DNA of 64,000 bases, from assembly GCA_046330285.1 (NCBI GenBank), contig JAXLSX010000012.1, positions 4,228-68,227 on the forward strand, in the 5' to 3' direction. This document shows, one piece after another, positions 35,181 through 43,938 of this stretch. A program made the position numbers and the translations under genes. Every line of letters starts with the position of its first letter. The stretch's first letter is position 1. This stretch comes from Solirubrobacterales bacterium. Lineage in GTDB: Bacteria > Actinomycetota > Thermoleophilia > Solirubrobacterales > 70-9. The notes beneath the pieces were generated by a model, which worked only from the letters and a program-made list of their open reading frames with translations, did no database searches and had not been told where the DNA came from.

Positions 35181-35630
35181 TCAGGCGACGAGTTGGAGCT
35201 CCTCCTCGCGGGTCTCCTCGCCCTCGATCACCACGTCCTCTTCGAGGTGCTTGTGGGAGGGGCAGTAGTCGCGCCCCGGCAGCGGCTCGCGCTGGCACGG
35301 CGTTCCGCGACGGGTGTGGGCCTTGCACTCGCGATCGACGAGACCGGCGAGCTCCTCGGGCGGCACCTCGTCGAGGTAGCGGAGCGCGAGCTTCACGTTG
35401 CGATCCACGACCTGGAGGACGTAGAGCTGCTCGCTGATCGGGAAGTGGCCGCGGAGCTCGGTGAAGAGGACCTTGGTCGGGCGCGCGAAGTAACGGCGGT
35501 CGGTGAGAAGCCGTCGCATCGTGCCCTCGCAGGCGTCGAGGATGTGCTGCTTGCTCGCGCAACCTGCGCTGGTGGTCTCTGCGATCTTCGGGGCAAGCTC
35601 CCGATAGATCGAACGACTGAATTGATACAT
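35181..35630 (-). CDS. Hypothetical protein with a C-terminal Cys/His knuckle and acidic tail
   Basis: 149 aa with an AAGGAAAGG RBS upstream. C-terminus: CKAHTRRGTPCQREPLPGRDYCPSHKH followed by a Glu-rich tail. Confidence 0.6.
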   Translation of the reverse strand: MYQFSRSIYRELAPKIAETTSAGCASKQHILDACEGTMRRLLTDRRYFARPTKVLFTELRGHFPISEQLYVLQVVDRNVKLALRYLDEVPPEELAGLVDRECKAHTRRGTPCQREPLPGRDYCPSHKHLEEDVVIEGEETREEELQLVA

Positions 35631-35729
35631 GGGTTCCCTGAACCTTTCCTTGGTCCGCGGTTACCCCCCCGCATCCGGAAGTGTGACGGGCCGCACGTTG
35701 ACTGCGTGCAACCGGACGTTAAGCCTGCG

Positions 35730-37265
35730 TTAAGCCCGGGTCAGCGGGATCCGGGCGTCGTCGGCCGGCCAGCGGTCCATCCGCGCCCGTTCGTCGGGCC
35801 CGACGACGTTGTGGTGCATGTCCAGCGCCGGGTCCACGCGCGGGCGGTCGAGGCGGCGGTGGACGCCCCGGGACTCCTCGCGAGCCAGCGCCGAGGCGGC
35901 GATCAGGCGGGCGAGGGGGTAGGGGTCGGAGCGGAGCTGCTCGAGGCGCTCGGGGTCGCGGATCGGACCGGCCAGCTCCCAGACCGCGCTCCGGGACTCC
36001 TCGCTCGGCGCCGGGAACTCCGGATCCGGGTCGGGCGGCGGGGGCGAGGGGTCGGGCCCGGGGCCGTCGAGGGCGGCGCGCGCCGCGCGGCTCCCGAACA
36101 CGAAGCACTCGCTGAGCGAGTTCGAGGCGAGGCGGTTGGCGCCGTGGAGCCCGGTGCACGCCGCCTCGCCGACCGCGAGCAGGCCCGGCAGCGAGCTCCG
36201 TCCGTCGAGGTCGGTGTGGACCCCGCCGATCAGGTAGTGCGCGGCGGGGGCGACCGGGACGAGGTCTCGGGCGACGTCGATTCCAAGTGACTGGAGCGTC
36301 CGCGTGATCGTCGGGAACCGCTCCATCGGAACCGGCCGCAGGTCGAGCTCGACGGCCGTGGTCCCGTCGGCTGCCATCCGGTCGAGGATGGCGGCGGTGA
36401 CCTGGTCCCGCGGCGCCAGCTCGTCGGTGAACCGGCGGCCGTCGGCGCCGAGCAGTAGCGCACCCTCGCCGCGGACCGCCTCCGTGATCAGCCACCCGTC
36501 GAGGCGGTCGCCGGGCCGCGACAGCGCCGTCGGGTGGAACTGGCAGAGCTCGAGATCGGCGAGGTCGGCTCCGGCGGCGTGGGCGAGGATCGCTCCGGCG
36601 CCGATCGCGCCGCGCGGGTTCGTCGTCCGCTCCCAGAGCGCCGCGCCGCCGCCGGTGGCGAGGATCGTGGCAGCGGCCGGGACCGGACCGCGATCGGTGA
36701 GGACGCCGTGGCAGCGGTCGCCGTCCGACCAGAGCGCGAGCGCCGAGGCATCCTCGAGAACTTCGATCCGGTCGTTGCGCGAGGTCAGCTCGGCGAGGCG
36801 GCTCGTCAGTGCCCGGCCCGTCTCGGCGCCGCCGGCGTGGACGATCCGCCGCGCGGAGTGGCCGCCCTCGAGCCCGAGCGCGAGCTCGCCGTCGGGCTGG
36901 AGGTCGAAGGCGACCCCGCGACGCATCAGCAGCTCGACCGCCGCCGGGCTCTCCTCGACGAGGACCTCGACCGCGGCGGGGTAACAGAGGCCGCGGCCGG
37001 CGTTGAAGGTGTCCTCGGCGTGGCGCGCCGGCGAATCGTCGGCTGCAATCGCGGCGGCGAGACCGCCCTGGGCGCGGAAGCTCGCGGTCTCCGTCAGCGG
37101 CTTGCGGGAGATGACGACGACGCTCGCGCCCGCCTCGGCGGCCTCGAGCGCGGCATGGAGGCCGGCGGCACCGCCGCCGACGACCGCGACGTCCGCGGGC
37201 GCGCGGGCCGGATCTGGACTCGGGTCGCTCGTCGCCAAGGCGGCAGTACCGTATCCGGCTGCCAT
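35730..37265 (-). CDS. nadB: L-aspartate oxidase
   Basis: FAD motif VVGGGAAGLHAALEA, AQGGLAA, and the HPT...GG and RLASNSL motifs of the NadB/SdhA family. The start may be the TTG 27 nt downstream. Confidence 0.88.
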   Translation of the reverse strand: MAAGYGTAALATSDPSPDPARAPADVAVVGGGAAGLHAALEAAEAGASVVVISRKPLTETASFRAQGGLAAAIAADDSPARHAEDTFNAGRGLCYPAAVEVLVEESPAAVELLMRRGVAFDLQPDGELALGLEGGHSARRIVHAGGAETGRALTSRLAELTSRNDRIEVLEDASALALWSDGDRCHGVLTDRGPVPAAATILATGGGAALWERTTNPRGAIGAGAILAHAAGADLADLELCQFHPTALSRPGDRLDGWLITEAVRGEGALLLGADGRRFTDELAPRDQVTAAILDRMAADGTTAVELDLRPVPMERFPTITRTLQSLGIDVARDLVPVAPAAHYLIGGVHTDLDGRSSLPGLLAVGEAACTGLHGANRLASNSLSECFVFGSRAARAALDGPGPDPSPPPPDPDPEFPAPSEESRSAVWELAGPIRDPERLEQLRSDPYPLARLIAASALAREESRGVHRRLDRPRVDPALDMHHNVVGPDERARMDRWPADDARIPLTRA

Positions 37266-38277
37266 GGGCCTCTACTTCCGCCACCCGGCATCGCTGCTCC
37301 ACGACACCGGCCCGCACCCTGAGAACGCGGGCCGGATCAGGGCGATCGAGACGGTCCTCGAAGACGCCGGCTGGCCCGGCCTCGAGGTCGCCGAGCCGCC
37401 GCCGGCCGAGCGCGACTGGTTGACCCGGGTCCACGGACCGGCGCTCGTCGACTCGATCGAGGAGCTCTGCGCGGCGGGTGGCGGGGCGATCGACTTCGAC
37501 ACGGTCGTCGTCGAGGCGTCGTGGGAGGCGGCCCTGCGGGCGGCCGGAGCCGCGGCCGAGGGGGCGCGGTTGCTGCTCGAGGGCGACCACGAATACGCGT
37601 TCTGCGGGCTGCGCCCGCCCGGCCACCACGCGGAGTCGAACCGGGCGATGGGCTTCTGCCTCTTCAACAACGCCGCCGTCGGCGCCGCGCACGCGCTCGC
37701 AGCCTGCGGTGCCGAGCGGGTCCTGATCCTCGACTGGGACGTCCACCACGGCAACGGGACCGCCGAGATCTTCGATCGCCGCGCCGACGTCCTCTACGCG
37801 AGCATCCATCAGAGCCCGCTCTATCCCGGAACCGGGGCCGCCGGCGACTTCGGCAGCGGTCCCGGCGACGGGATGACGCTGAATCTGCCGGTGCCGCCGG
37901 GATCGGGCGGCGAGGACTTCCGCGGCCTGATCGAGCACGTCGTCGTTCCGGTGGCGCGGTCCTGGCGGCCCGATCTGCTGATCGTCTCGGCCGGCTACGA
38001 CGCGCACGCCGGCGATCCGCTCGCCAACTGCACCGTCGAGGACCACGACTACGCCGCGATGACTGCCGCCATGCGTGAGCTCGGCCGCGAGCTCGGCGCC
38101 CCGATCCTCGTCTGCCTCGAGGGCGGCTACGACCCGGTCGCGCTCGCGCGCTCGGTCCTCGTAACGGTCGAGGAGCTCGCGGGCGGCCCGCCGCCGCCGA
38201 GCGTCAGCCCGACGCCGGTGGTCGCCGACGCCGTCGCCCGAGTCGCCGCGCACGAGCGCTGGCGCTCGGCCCTCTGA
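37264..38277 (+). CDS. Histone deacetylase-family (AcuC/acetylpolyamine amidohydrolase-like) zinc hydrolase
   Basis: Starts at the internal ATG 37264 (MGLYFRHPASLLHDTGPHPE). RPPGHHAE, DWDVHHGNGT and EGGY motifs. Confidence 0.88.
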   Translation: MGLYFRHPASLLHDTGPHPENAGRIRAIETVLEDAGWPGLEVAEPPPAERDWLTRVHGPALVDSIEELCAAGGGAIDFDTVVVEASWEAALRAAGAAAEGARLLLEGDHEYAFCGLRPPGHHAESNRAMGFCLFNNAAVGAAHALAACGAERVLILDWDVHHGNGTAEIFDRRADVLYASIHQSPLYPGTGAAGDFGSGPGDGMTLNLPVPPGSGGEDFRGLIEHVVVPVARSWRPDLLIVSAGYDAHAGDPLANCTVEDHDYAAMTAAMRELGRELGAPILVCLEGGYDPVALARSVLVTVEELAGGPPPPSVSPTPVVADAVARVAAHERWRSAL

Positions 38278-38289
38278 GCCGGCAGCTGA

Positions 38290-40101
38290 TCAGTCGTCGG
38301 AGCCGCGCCCGGCGGCGGCCTCGGCCCGGATCGCCTTCGTCCGGTCCCGCAGCCAGTCGGCGGCGGCCTGACGAACCTCGCTGATCGCGGCTGCGGCCTC
38401 AGCCTCGAGCTCCTTCGCCCGGGTCTCGGCGTCGGCGGCGCGCTGCTCCGCCTCCGTCACCTTCGACTCAACGTCGCGCTCGGCCTGCTCGGCCGCGGCG
38501 ATCGCGTCCTTGAGCTCGTCCTCGCGGTCGCGCATGCGCTCCGCGGCCGCGGCCTCGGCGACCGCCCGCGCCTGCTCGGCCGCGGTCTCGACCTCGGCCG
38601 CCGACTCCTCGCGGAGCCGGACCTTCTCGTCCTCGAGTTGCTGTTCGGCGGCGCTGACCCGCTCGGCCGCCTCGATCGCCTGGCGCTCGATCTGGCTCAA
38701 CCGCTCGTGCGAGTCGGCCACGGCTTGCGCCCGCGCCTCGCGCTCCTCCTGAAGTTCCCGCTCACGCTTGCCGAGGAGCTCGGCGAACCGCTCCTCCGCG
38801 GCCTTCCGCGCCACGGCCACCTCGGCCCGGACGCGCTCGTCGGCGTCGGCCTCGACCCTGGCGATGCGCTCGGCGGTCTGCTGCTCGGCCGCGGCCAGGG
38901 CGCGGCGTTCGAGTTCCTTGCGGCGCGGCTCCGAATCGGCTTCGAGTTCGGCCTCGACCTCCGAGCGGCCCTCGGCGCGGGCCGCCTCGACCCGGTCGCG
39001 CAGCTCGTCGCCGGCCGGGCCCTCGAGGGCCTCCCGCCTGGCGTCGTCGCGCGCCTCGGCGACGCGAGCATCGGCTTCCTCGCGGGCAAGCTTCAGTTCG
39101 CTCCTCAGGCCCTCCGCCTCGGCGCCGCTCGCGGCCGCCTCGGGGTTGTCGGCGTTCGCGGCCTCGGCACGGATCCGCTCGACCTCCTCGCGGACGCGCT
39201 GCTGGGCCTCGGCCTTCAGCTTCGCCACCTGCCGCCGCAGCCACTGGGTCGCCTGCTCCCGCGCCCGTGCTTCGACTTCGTCCTTCTCGGTTTGCAGCCG
39301 GGCCGCCCGCTCCTCGGCCTGGGTCGAGCGGGCCTCGGCCGCCCGCAGGCGCGATGCCAGCTCCTCGATCTCGGCGCGAGCGCTCGCCTGCGCCTGCTCG
39401 AGGTTGCGTTCGAGGGCGAGGATCTCGTCGTGGGAGCGCATCTCCGCCGCCCGCGCGGCCTCGTCGGCGGCGACCTTGATCCGGTCACCGGTGTCACCCC
39501 CCGAATCCTCTTCCGGCTCGTCCTCCGGGGCCTCGGGTCCGCCGGATTCGTCGCCCGCCTCGGCGTCGAAGACGGCCGGGTGCGGCTCCGATGGCTCTTC
39601 GTCCGCGTCGGGCCCGGCGTCGGTGGCCTCGTCGTCCTCCTCGGATTCCTCGGATGCCTCGGGTGCCGGTTCGACGACGTCGTGCTGAGCCGACTCGGGC
39701 TCGACCATCTCGTGCTGAGCTGACTCAGGCTCGACGGCCTCGAGCTCGGCCGACTCCGGCTCGAGCGACTCCAGCTCCGCGGAATCCGCTTCGCGGCGGC
39801 GGCCGCTGACGGGCGAGGGAGGGGCCCACTCGGCGGTGCCGGTGTCGGGTTCGATCATCGGGCGCACCGGTTCGCGATCGCCGGTCTCGCCGCCGGGCTC
39901 GGGGACGGCCGCCCAGTCCTCGGTGCCGTAGGGGTCGTCGCCGGTATCCCCTTCGACCGGCTGCGAGCCGGTTCCGCGGCCGGCGGTCGACGGATAGAGG
40001 GCGGTTGCGGGGTCGTCGGCGCCACCTGAATCGGTCGGGGTCGCATCGGGATCGGCGTCACGCTTGCCCTTGCGACCGAAAATGCCTCTCCAACGAGCCA
40101 T
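38290..40101 (-). CDS. Acidic, repeat-containing coiled-coil protein (603 aa), unknown function
   Basis: Starts at ATG 40101 (MARWRGIFGRKGKRD). A Glu/Asp/Pro-rich disordered N-terminal half of about 230 aa, then about 370 aa of Ala/Glu/Arg heptad-like sequence. Confidence 0.7.
   Translation of the reverse strand: MARWRGIFGRKGKRDADPDATPTDSGGADDPATALYPSTAGRGTGSQPVEGDTGDDPYGTEDWAAVPEPGGETGDREPVRPMIEPDTGTAEWAPPSPVSGRRREADSAELESLEPESAELEAVEPESAQHEMVEPESAQHDVVEPAPEASEESEEDDEATDAGPDADEEPSEPHPAVFDAEAGDESGGPEAPEDEPEEDSGGDTGDRIKVAADEAARAAEMRSHDEILALERNLEQAQASARAEIEELASRLRAAEARSTQAEERAARLQTEKDEVEARAREQATQWLRRQVAKLKAEAQQRVREEVERIRAEAANADNPEAAASGAEAEGLRSELKLAREEADARVAEARDDARREALEGPAGDELRDRVEAARAEGRSEVEAELEADSEPRRKELERRALAAAEQQTAERIARVEADADERVRAEVAVARKAAEERFAELLGKRERELQEEREARAQAVADSHERLSQIERQAIEAAERVSAAEQQLEDEKVRLREESAAEVETAAEQARAVAEAAAAERMRDREDELKDAIAAAEQAERDVESKVTEAEQRAADAETRAKELEAEAAAAISEVRQAAADWLRDRTKAIRAEAAAGRGSDD
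39668..39787 (-). repeat. Four tandem 30-nt (10-aa) coding repeats, EPESA(E/Q)(L/H)(E/D)xV
   Basis: Units at 39668, 39698, 39728 and 39758 (plus-strand GGCTCGAC...CTGAGC.GACTC). They lie inside the coiled-coil gene and are in frame. Confidence 0.8.
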
Positions 40102-40270
40102 CGGCCGCCGCAGGTTACGCGATCGGGAGACCTCGCCGGAGGGCCATTTGACAGTGTCGGCACCGGGCCGTGGCTGACCGGCACACGCGGGCATTGATCG
40201 GTCGGCCCGACCGGCGAAGCATCGATCGCGTCAACGATCCGGCTGCTCAGGCCGGGGAAGGGAGTTCGCG

Positions 40271-40525
40271 ATGTACGCGATTTTCGCCACCGCCCACTGC
40301 CGGGCGCTCGATGTCTCGGCGTGGGTGCGATCGCGCCTCGCCGCCGAAAACGGCCAGGGGACGGTCGAGTACGTCGGACTCGTGCTGCTGGTCGCCGCCC
40401 TGATGGGCGGCATGGTTGCCGCCGTCGGCGGCCTCGGCAGCCTCTCGGGCATCGGCAAGGAGCTCGCCGAGGCGATCACCAAGAAGATCATCCAGGGCGT
40501 GCAGAAGATCACGTTCGGGGGGTGA
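40271..40525 (+). CDS. Flp/Fap-family type IVb pilin-like protein
   Basis: 84 aa with an AAGGGAG RBS upstream. [18 protein letters not shown] matches the Flp prepilin G-xxxx-EY processing motif followed by a hydrophobic helix. Confidence 0.65.
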   Translation: MYAIFATAHCRALDVSAWVRSRLAAENGQGTVEYVGLVLLVAALMGGMVAAVGGLGSLSGIGKELAEAITKKIIQGVQKITFGG

Positions 40526-40589
40526 GGACGGCCCGGACCGCGACCGCCCGCGATCCGGCGGGCGGTCGCGGATCTGGAAGACTGGCCGC

Positions 40590-41318
40590 GTGGGAGCAGA
40601 CGAGAGAAGCTACGGGCGCACCCCCGCGGAGATGCGCCCGGTCGAGATCGAGACCGGGTTCGTCCGGACCGCGGACGGGTCGGCGCTGATCTCGGTCGGC
40701 GAGACCCGCGTCATCTGCACCGCCTCGATCCAGGAGGAGGTGCCGAGGTGGATGCGCGGCCGCGGCACCGGCTGGGTCACCGCCGAGTACGCGATGCTGC
40801 CGGCGTCCACGGGCGAGCGGAAGGAGCGCGACTCCAAGCGCGGCCGTCCCGACGGGCGCTCGATCGAGATCCAGCGGCTGATCGGCCGCGCTCTCCGGGT
40901 CGTCGTCGACTTCAAGGCGCTCGGCGAGCGTGCGGTCTGGGTCGACTGCGACGTACTCCAGGCCGACGGCGGCACCCGCTGCGCATCGATCACGGGGGCC
41001 TATGTCGCCCTCCACGAGGCGCTCTCCGGACTCGTCGAGAGCGGTGAGATGAAGGAGCTTCCGTTCACCGACACCGTCGCGGCGCTCAGCGTCGGAGTGG
41101 TCGACGGCCGTGCGCTCTGCGACCTCGACTACTCGGAGGATTCGCGGGCGGAGGTCGACGCCAACGTCGTCATGACCGGCTCGGGCGGCCTCGTCGAGGT
41201 GCAGGCCACGGCCGAGCAGACGCCGCTCTCGCGAGCTTCGCTCGACGAACTCCTGGCTTTGGCCGAGGCCGGCATCGCCGACCTCCGGGTGCTGCAGCTG
41301 GAGGCGACGGGGGCGTGA
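40590..41318 (+). CDS. rph: Ribonuclease PH
   Basis: Starts at the in-frame GTG 40590. [52 protein letters not shown]. Confidence 0.92.
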   Translation: MGADERSYGRTPAEMRPVEIETGFVRTADGSALISVGETRVICTASIQEEVPRWMRGRGTGWVTAEYAMLPASTGERKERDSKRGRPDGRSIEIQRLIGRALRVVVDFKALGERAVWVDCDVLQADGGTRCASITGAYVALHEALSGLVESGEMKELPFTDTVAALSVGVVDGRALCDLDYSEDSRAEVDANVVMTGSGGLVEVQATAEQTPLSRASLDELLALAEAGIADLRVLQLEATGA

Positions 41319-41914
41319 GCGATCGGCCGCACCGGCGGTCGATCGTCGTGGCCACCCGCAATCAGCACAAGCTCGGCGAACTCGGCGAGATCCTCGCCGG
41401 AGCCGACCTCGAGCCGTTGCCCGATTCGGTCGTCCTGCCTCCGGAGGACGGAGAGACTTTCGCCGAGAACGCGCTCGGCAAGGCGCGTGCCGCGCACGAG
41501 CAGACCGGGATGGCGGCGCTCGCCGACGACTCGGGCATCGCCGCCGCTGCGCTCGGCGGGCGCCCCGGGGTCCGCTCGGCGCGCTACGCGGGCGAGGACG
41601 CCACCGACGAGGAGAACCTGGCGCTCCTGCTCGAGGAGGTCGGCCCGGGCGACGACCGCTCGGTCGCCTTCGTCTGCGCGATCGCCTTCGTCGGTGAGAC
41701 CGGGGAGGAGACCGTGTGCGAGGCCCGCTGTGAAGGCACCCTCGCCGAGGAGCCTCGGGGTGACGGCGGCTTCGGCTACGACCCCGCCTTCGTCCCGGTC
41801 GAGATCGGCGACGGCCGGACGATGGCCGAGCTCCGGCCGGAGGAGAAGCACGCGATCTCCCACCGCGGCCGCGCGGCAAGGGCGATCGCCGACACCGTGG
41901 ACGGGCTCCGATGA
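41315..41914 (+). CDS. rdgB: Non-canonical purine NTP pyrophosphatase (RdgB/HAM1)
   Basis: [24 protein letters not shown](A/I)F and SHRG motifs. 4-nt overlaps on both sides. Confidence 0.9.
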   Translation: MSDRPHRRSIVVATRNQHKLGELGEILAGADLEPLPDSVVLPPEDGETFAENALGKARAAHEQTGMAALADDSGIAAAALGGRPGVRSARYAGEDATDEENLALLLEEVGPGDDRSVAFVCAIAFVGETGEETVCEARCEGTLAEEPRGDGGFGYDPAFVPVEIGDGRTMAELRPEEKHAISHRGRAARAIADTVDGLR

Positions 41915-42819
41915 CCTCGACGAAGGCCGGCGCGGCGTGGCTGTCGGTCATCTCCAACTGCGTCCTGATCGTGCTCAAGGTCGTGGCCGGGATCCTCACC
42001 GGGTCGATCGCGATCCTGACCGAGGCGGTCCACTCCGCGATCGACCTGATCGCCTCGCTGATCGCCCTCGTCTCAGTCCGGAAAGCGGACGAGCCCGCCG
42101 ACGAGGACCACCCCTACGGTCACGAGAAGGCCGAGAACGTGGCCGCCGGCGCCGAGGCGATGCTGATCCTGCTCGGCGCGGCGATCATCGTCGTCGAGGC
42201 CGTGCGACGGCTGATCAACGGCTCCGAGGTCGAGTCGGTCGGGATCGGCATCGCGATCATCGGCCTCTCGATCATCGCCAACCTCGTCGTCTCCGCCTAC
42301 CTCTACCGGCGCGCGCGGGCGCTCGAGTCGCCGGCGCTCGAGGGGGATGCCGCCCACCTCCGGGCCGACGCGCTGACTTCGGTCGCGGTTCTGGTCGGGC
42401 TCGTCCTCGTAGAGGTCACCGGTAACGCCTCCTTCGACTCGATCGCAGCCCTCCTGGTGGCCGGGGCGATCGTCGCGACCGGCATCCGCCTCGCCATGCG
42501 CTCGGGCCGGGTCCTGATGGACGAGGTCCTTCCCGAGGACGAGATGGACCGGATCGAGGCCGTCATCGCCGACTCGCGCCCGCCGCAGATGGCCGGCTAC
42601 CACAAGCTCCGCGGGCGGCGGGCGGGTTCGCGCCGGCACATCGACCTGCACGTCCAGTTCCGCACCGGTACCAGCCTCGAGGAGGCCCACGAGGAAGCGC
42701 ACCGGCTCCGGGACGCGATCGAGGGCGAGTTCAACAACGCCGACGTGCTCATCCACGTCGAGCCCGAAGATTCCTACCGCCCGGCCGACGAGAGCAAGGG
42801 CCCCTTCCGTCAGGGCTGA
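41911..42819 (+). CDS. Cation diffusion facilitator (CDF) family metal efflux transporter
   Basis: Six TM helices, HSAIDLIAS and EGDAAHLRAD metal-site motifs, and a cytoplasmic C-terminal domain (DLHVQF...HVEP). Confidence 0.9.
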   Translation: MTSTKAGAAWLSVISNCVLIVLKVVAGILTGSIAILTEAVHSAIDLIASLIALVSVRKADEPADEDHPYGHEKAENVAAGAEAMLILLGAAIIVVEAVRRLINGSEVESVGIGIAIIGLSIIANLVVSAYLYRRARALESPALEGDAAHLRADALTSVAVLVGLVLVEVTGNASFDSIAALLVAGAIVATGIRLAMRSGRVLMDEVLPEDEMDRIEAVIADSRPPQMAGYHKLRGRRAGSRRHIDLHVQFRTGTSLEEAHEEAHRLRDAIEGEFNNADVLIHVEPEDSYRPADESKGPFRQG

Positions 42820-42823
42820 GCGC

Positions 42824-42964
42824 TCAGGTCAGGTTGACGCCGGCGGCGAGTCCGACGGCGACGAGGGTGATCGCGTAGCCGGTGTAGCCGTTGATCGCGA
42901 CGAGGAGCGCGGCGATCAGGCAGATCGCGACGATGGTGATCCATGAGCCTCTGGCCAGATCCAC
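42824..42964 (-). CDS. Possible small hydrophobic protein (46 aa, two TM segments)
   Basis: GTG at 42964. WITIVAICLIAALLVAINGYTGYAITLVAVGLAAGV. Weak RBS. The longer ORF to 43210 overlaps a better plus-strand gene. Confidence 0.3.
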   Translation of the reverse strand: MDLARGSWITIVAICLIAALLVAINGYTGYAITLVAVGLAAGVNLT

Positions 42965-42994
42965 GGTCGCTATGTTCCCGCAGGTGAAGGATGG

Positions 42995-43354
42995 ATGCGA
43001 GGCGGACGGGTCGTGACGGCCGCGACGGATCGTGCGGGCGACGTCGTCGCCGAGCTGATCGAGGAGTCGGCGGGGCTGCGCTCCTGTGCCGTGATCGACG
43101 GTCGTGGCGAGGTTCTCGCCGCCACCGACGCCCGCGATTGGGCCGCCCAGACCGAGCGCCTCTGGGCCGCGGCGGCCGATCCCGGTCACGCCGATCCGGC
43201 CTACGTCCACGTCGCGATCGACGCGGGGGAGCTGTTCGCGATGCGCGACGAGGGGTTCACCGTAATCGGCATCGCCGACCGCTTCTCGCTCGCCTCGCTG
43301 ATCCTCTGCGACCTCCGAGCGGCCCTCCGCCGGCTGGAGCCGGTGCCGGCGTGA
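42995..43354 (+). CDS. Roadblock/LC7 (MglB)-like small protein (tentative)
   Basis: 119 aa with a GAAGGA RBS. The pattern LRSCAVIDGRGEVLAAT ... ELFAMRDEGFTVIGIADRFSLASLILCDLR resembles Roadblock-fold proteins. GC3-rich codons. Confidence 0.55.
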   Translation: MRGGRVVTAATDRAGDVVAELIEESAGLRSCAVIDGRGEVLAATDARDWAAQTERLWAAAADPGHADPAYVHVAIDAGELFAMRDEGFTVIGIADRFSLASLILCDLRAALRRLEPVPA

Positions 43355-43569
43355 TCGAGAAGCCGCACCGTTTCCTGATCGACCGGGTCAGCTCGTACGG
43401 CGAGGAGGGCAAGGCCTACCTGCGGCGCCGGAAGCTCCGGAGCAAGCCCTTCGCGCGGGTTCGCTATCGCGGCGGCGAGGAGGTCGCGCTCGATCCCGGT
43501 GGCGATCGCGGCGAGACGCTGTTCGCGGTCGCCCGCGAGTTGATCGAGGCGCCCGAAGCCGGCAGCTGA
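43351..43569 (+). CDS. Hypothetical small basic protein (72 aa)
   Basis: The GTG overlaps the upstream TGA (GTGA). GC3-rich codon usage. No recognizable motif. Confidence 0.45.
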   Translation: MIEKPHRFLIDRVSSYGEEGKAYLRRRKLRSKPFARVRYRGGEEVALDPGGDRGETLFAVARELIEAPEAGS

Positions 43570-43636
43570 TCCGCCGGGGGGCGAATTCCGGATCCGAGGG
43601 GGGCACGCCGAACGGTGCCGGGGTTGCAGTGAGTGG

Positions 43637-43855
43637 ATGCCTGCGATCGAAGAGGACGGGCCGACGCCCGATGAGCTGCGCGTGCTCGACGACGTGCTCG
43701 CGCGCGATCCCGCGCTGGACGGCGAGCTCGAGCTGATCCTGCCGGCCCTCGACCGCGACGCCCGGGCGGTCTTCTGCCGCGAGCTCGCGGCGGCGCACGG
43801 CGAACGGCCCGCGGCGGCGGTGCTCACGGCCCTCGTCGCGGCATCGCGGCGCTGA
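43637..43855 (+). CDS. Hypothetical small acidic protein (72 aa)
   Basis: ATG ORF with almost exclusively G/C third positions. No recognizable motif. Confidence 0.4.
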   Translation: MPAIEEDGPTPDELRVLDDVLARDPALDGELELILPALDRDARAVFCRELAAAHGERPAAAVLTALVAASRR

Positions 43856-43938
43856 CGGGGCGGCTTCGCGCTTCCCGGGCTTGGTGGAGGCGGGCGCCCG
43901 GCCGGGGCGCCGATCCGAACCGAGGAGGGACCGCGCCG

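Noticed and set aside
35719-38253. 844-aa minus-strand ORF covering nadB (other frame) and the HDAC-like gene (antisense)
   Set aside because: Its Arg/Pro/Gly content is extreme and it has no motifs. The nadB and HDAC frames both carry full sets of family signatures.
39668-39787. Tandem 30-nt repeats as a possible CRISPR or minisatellite array
   Set aside because: The units are contiguous with no spacers. They are in frame within a long ORF and encode a repeated acidic decapeptide. No cas genes are present in the window.
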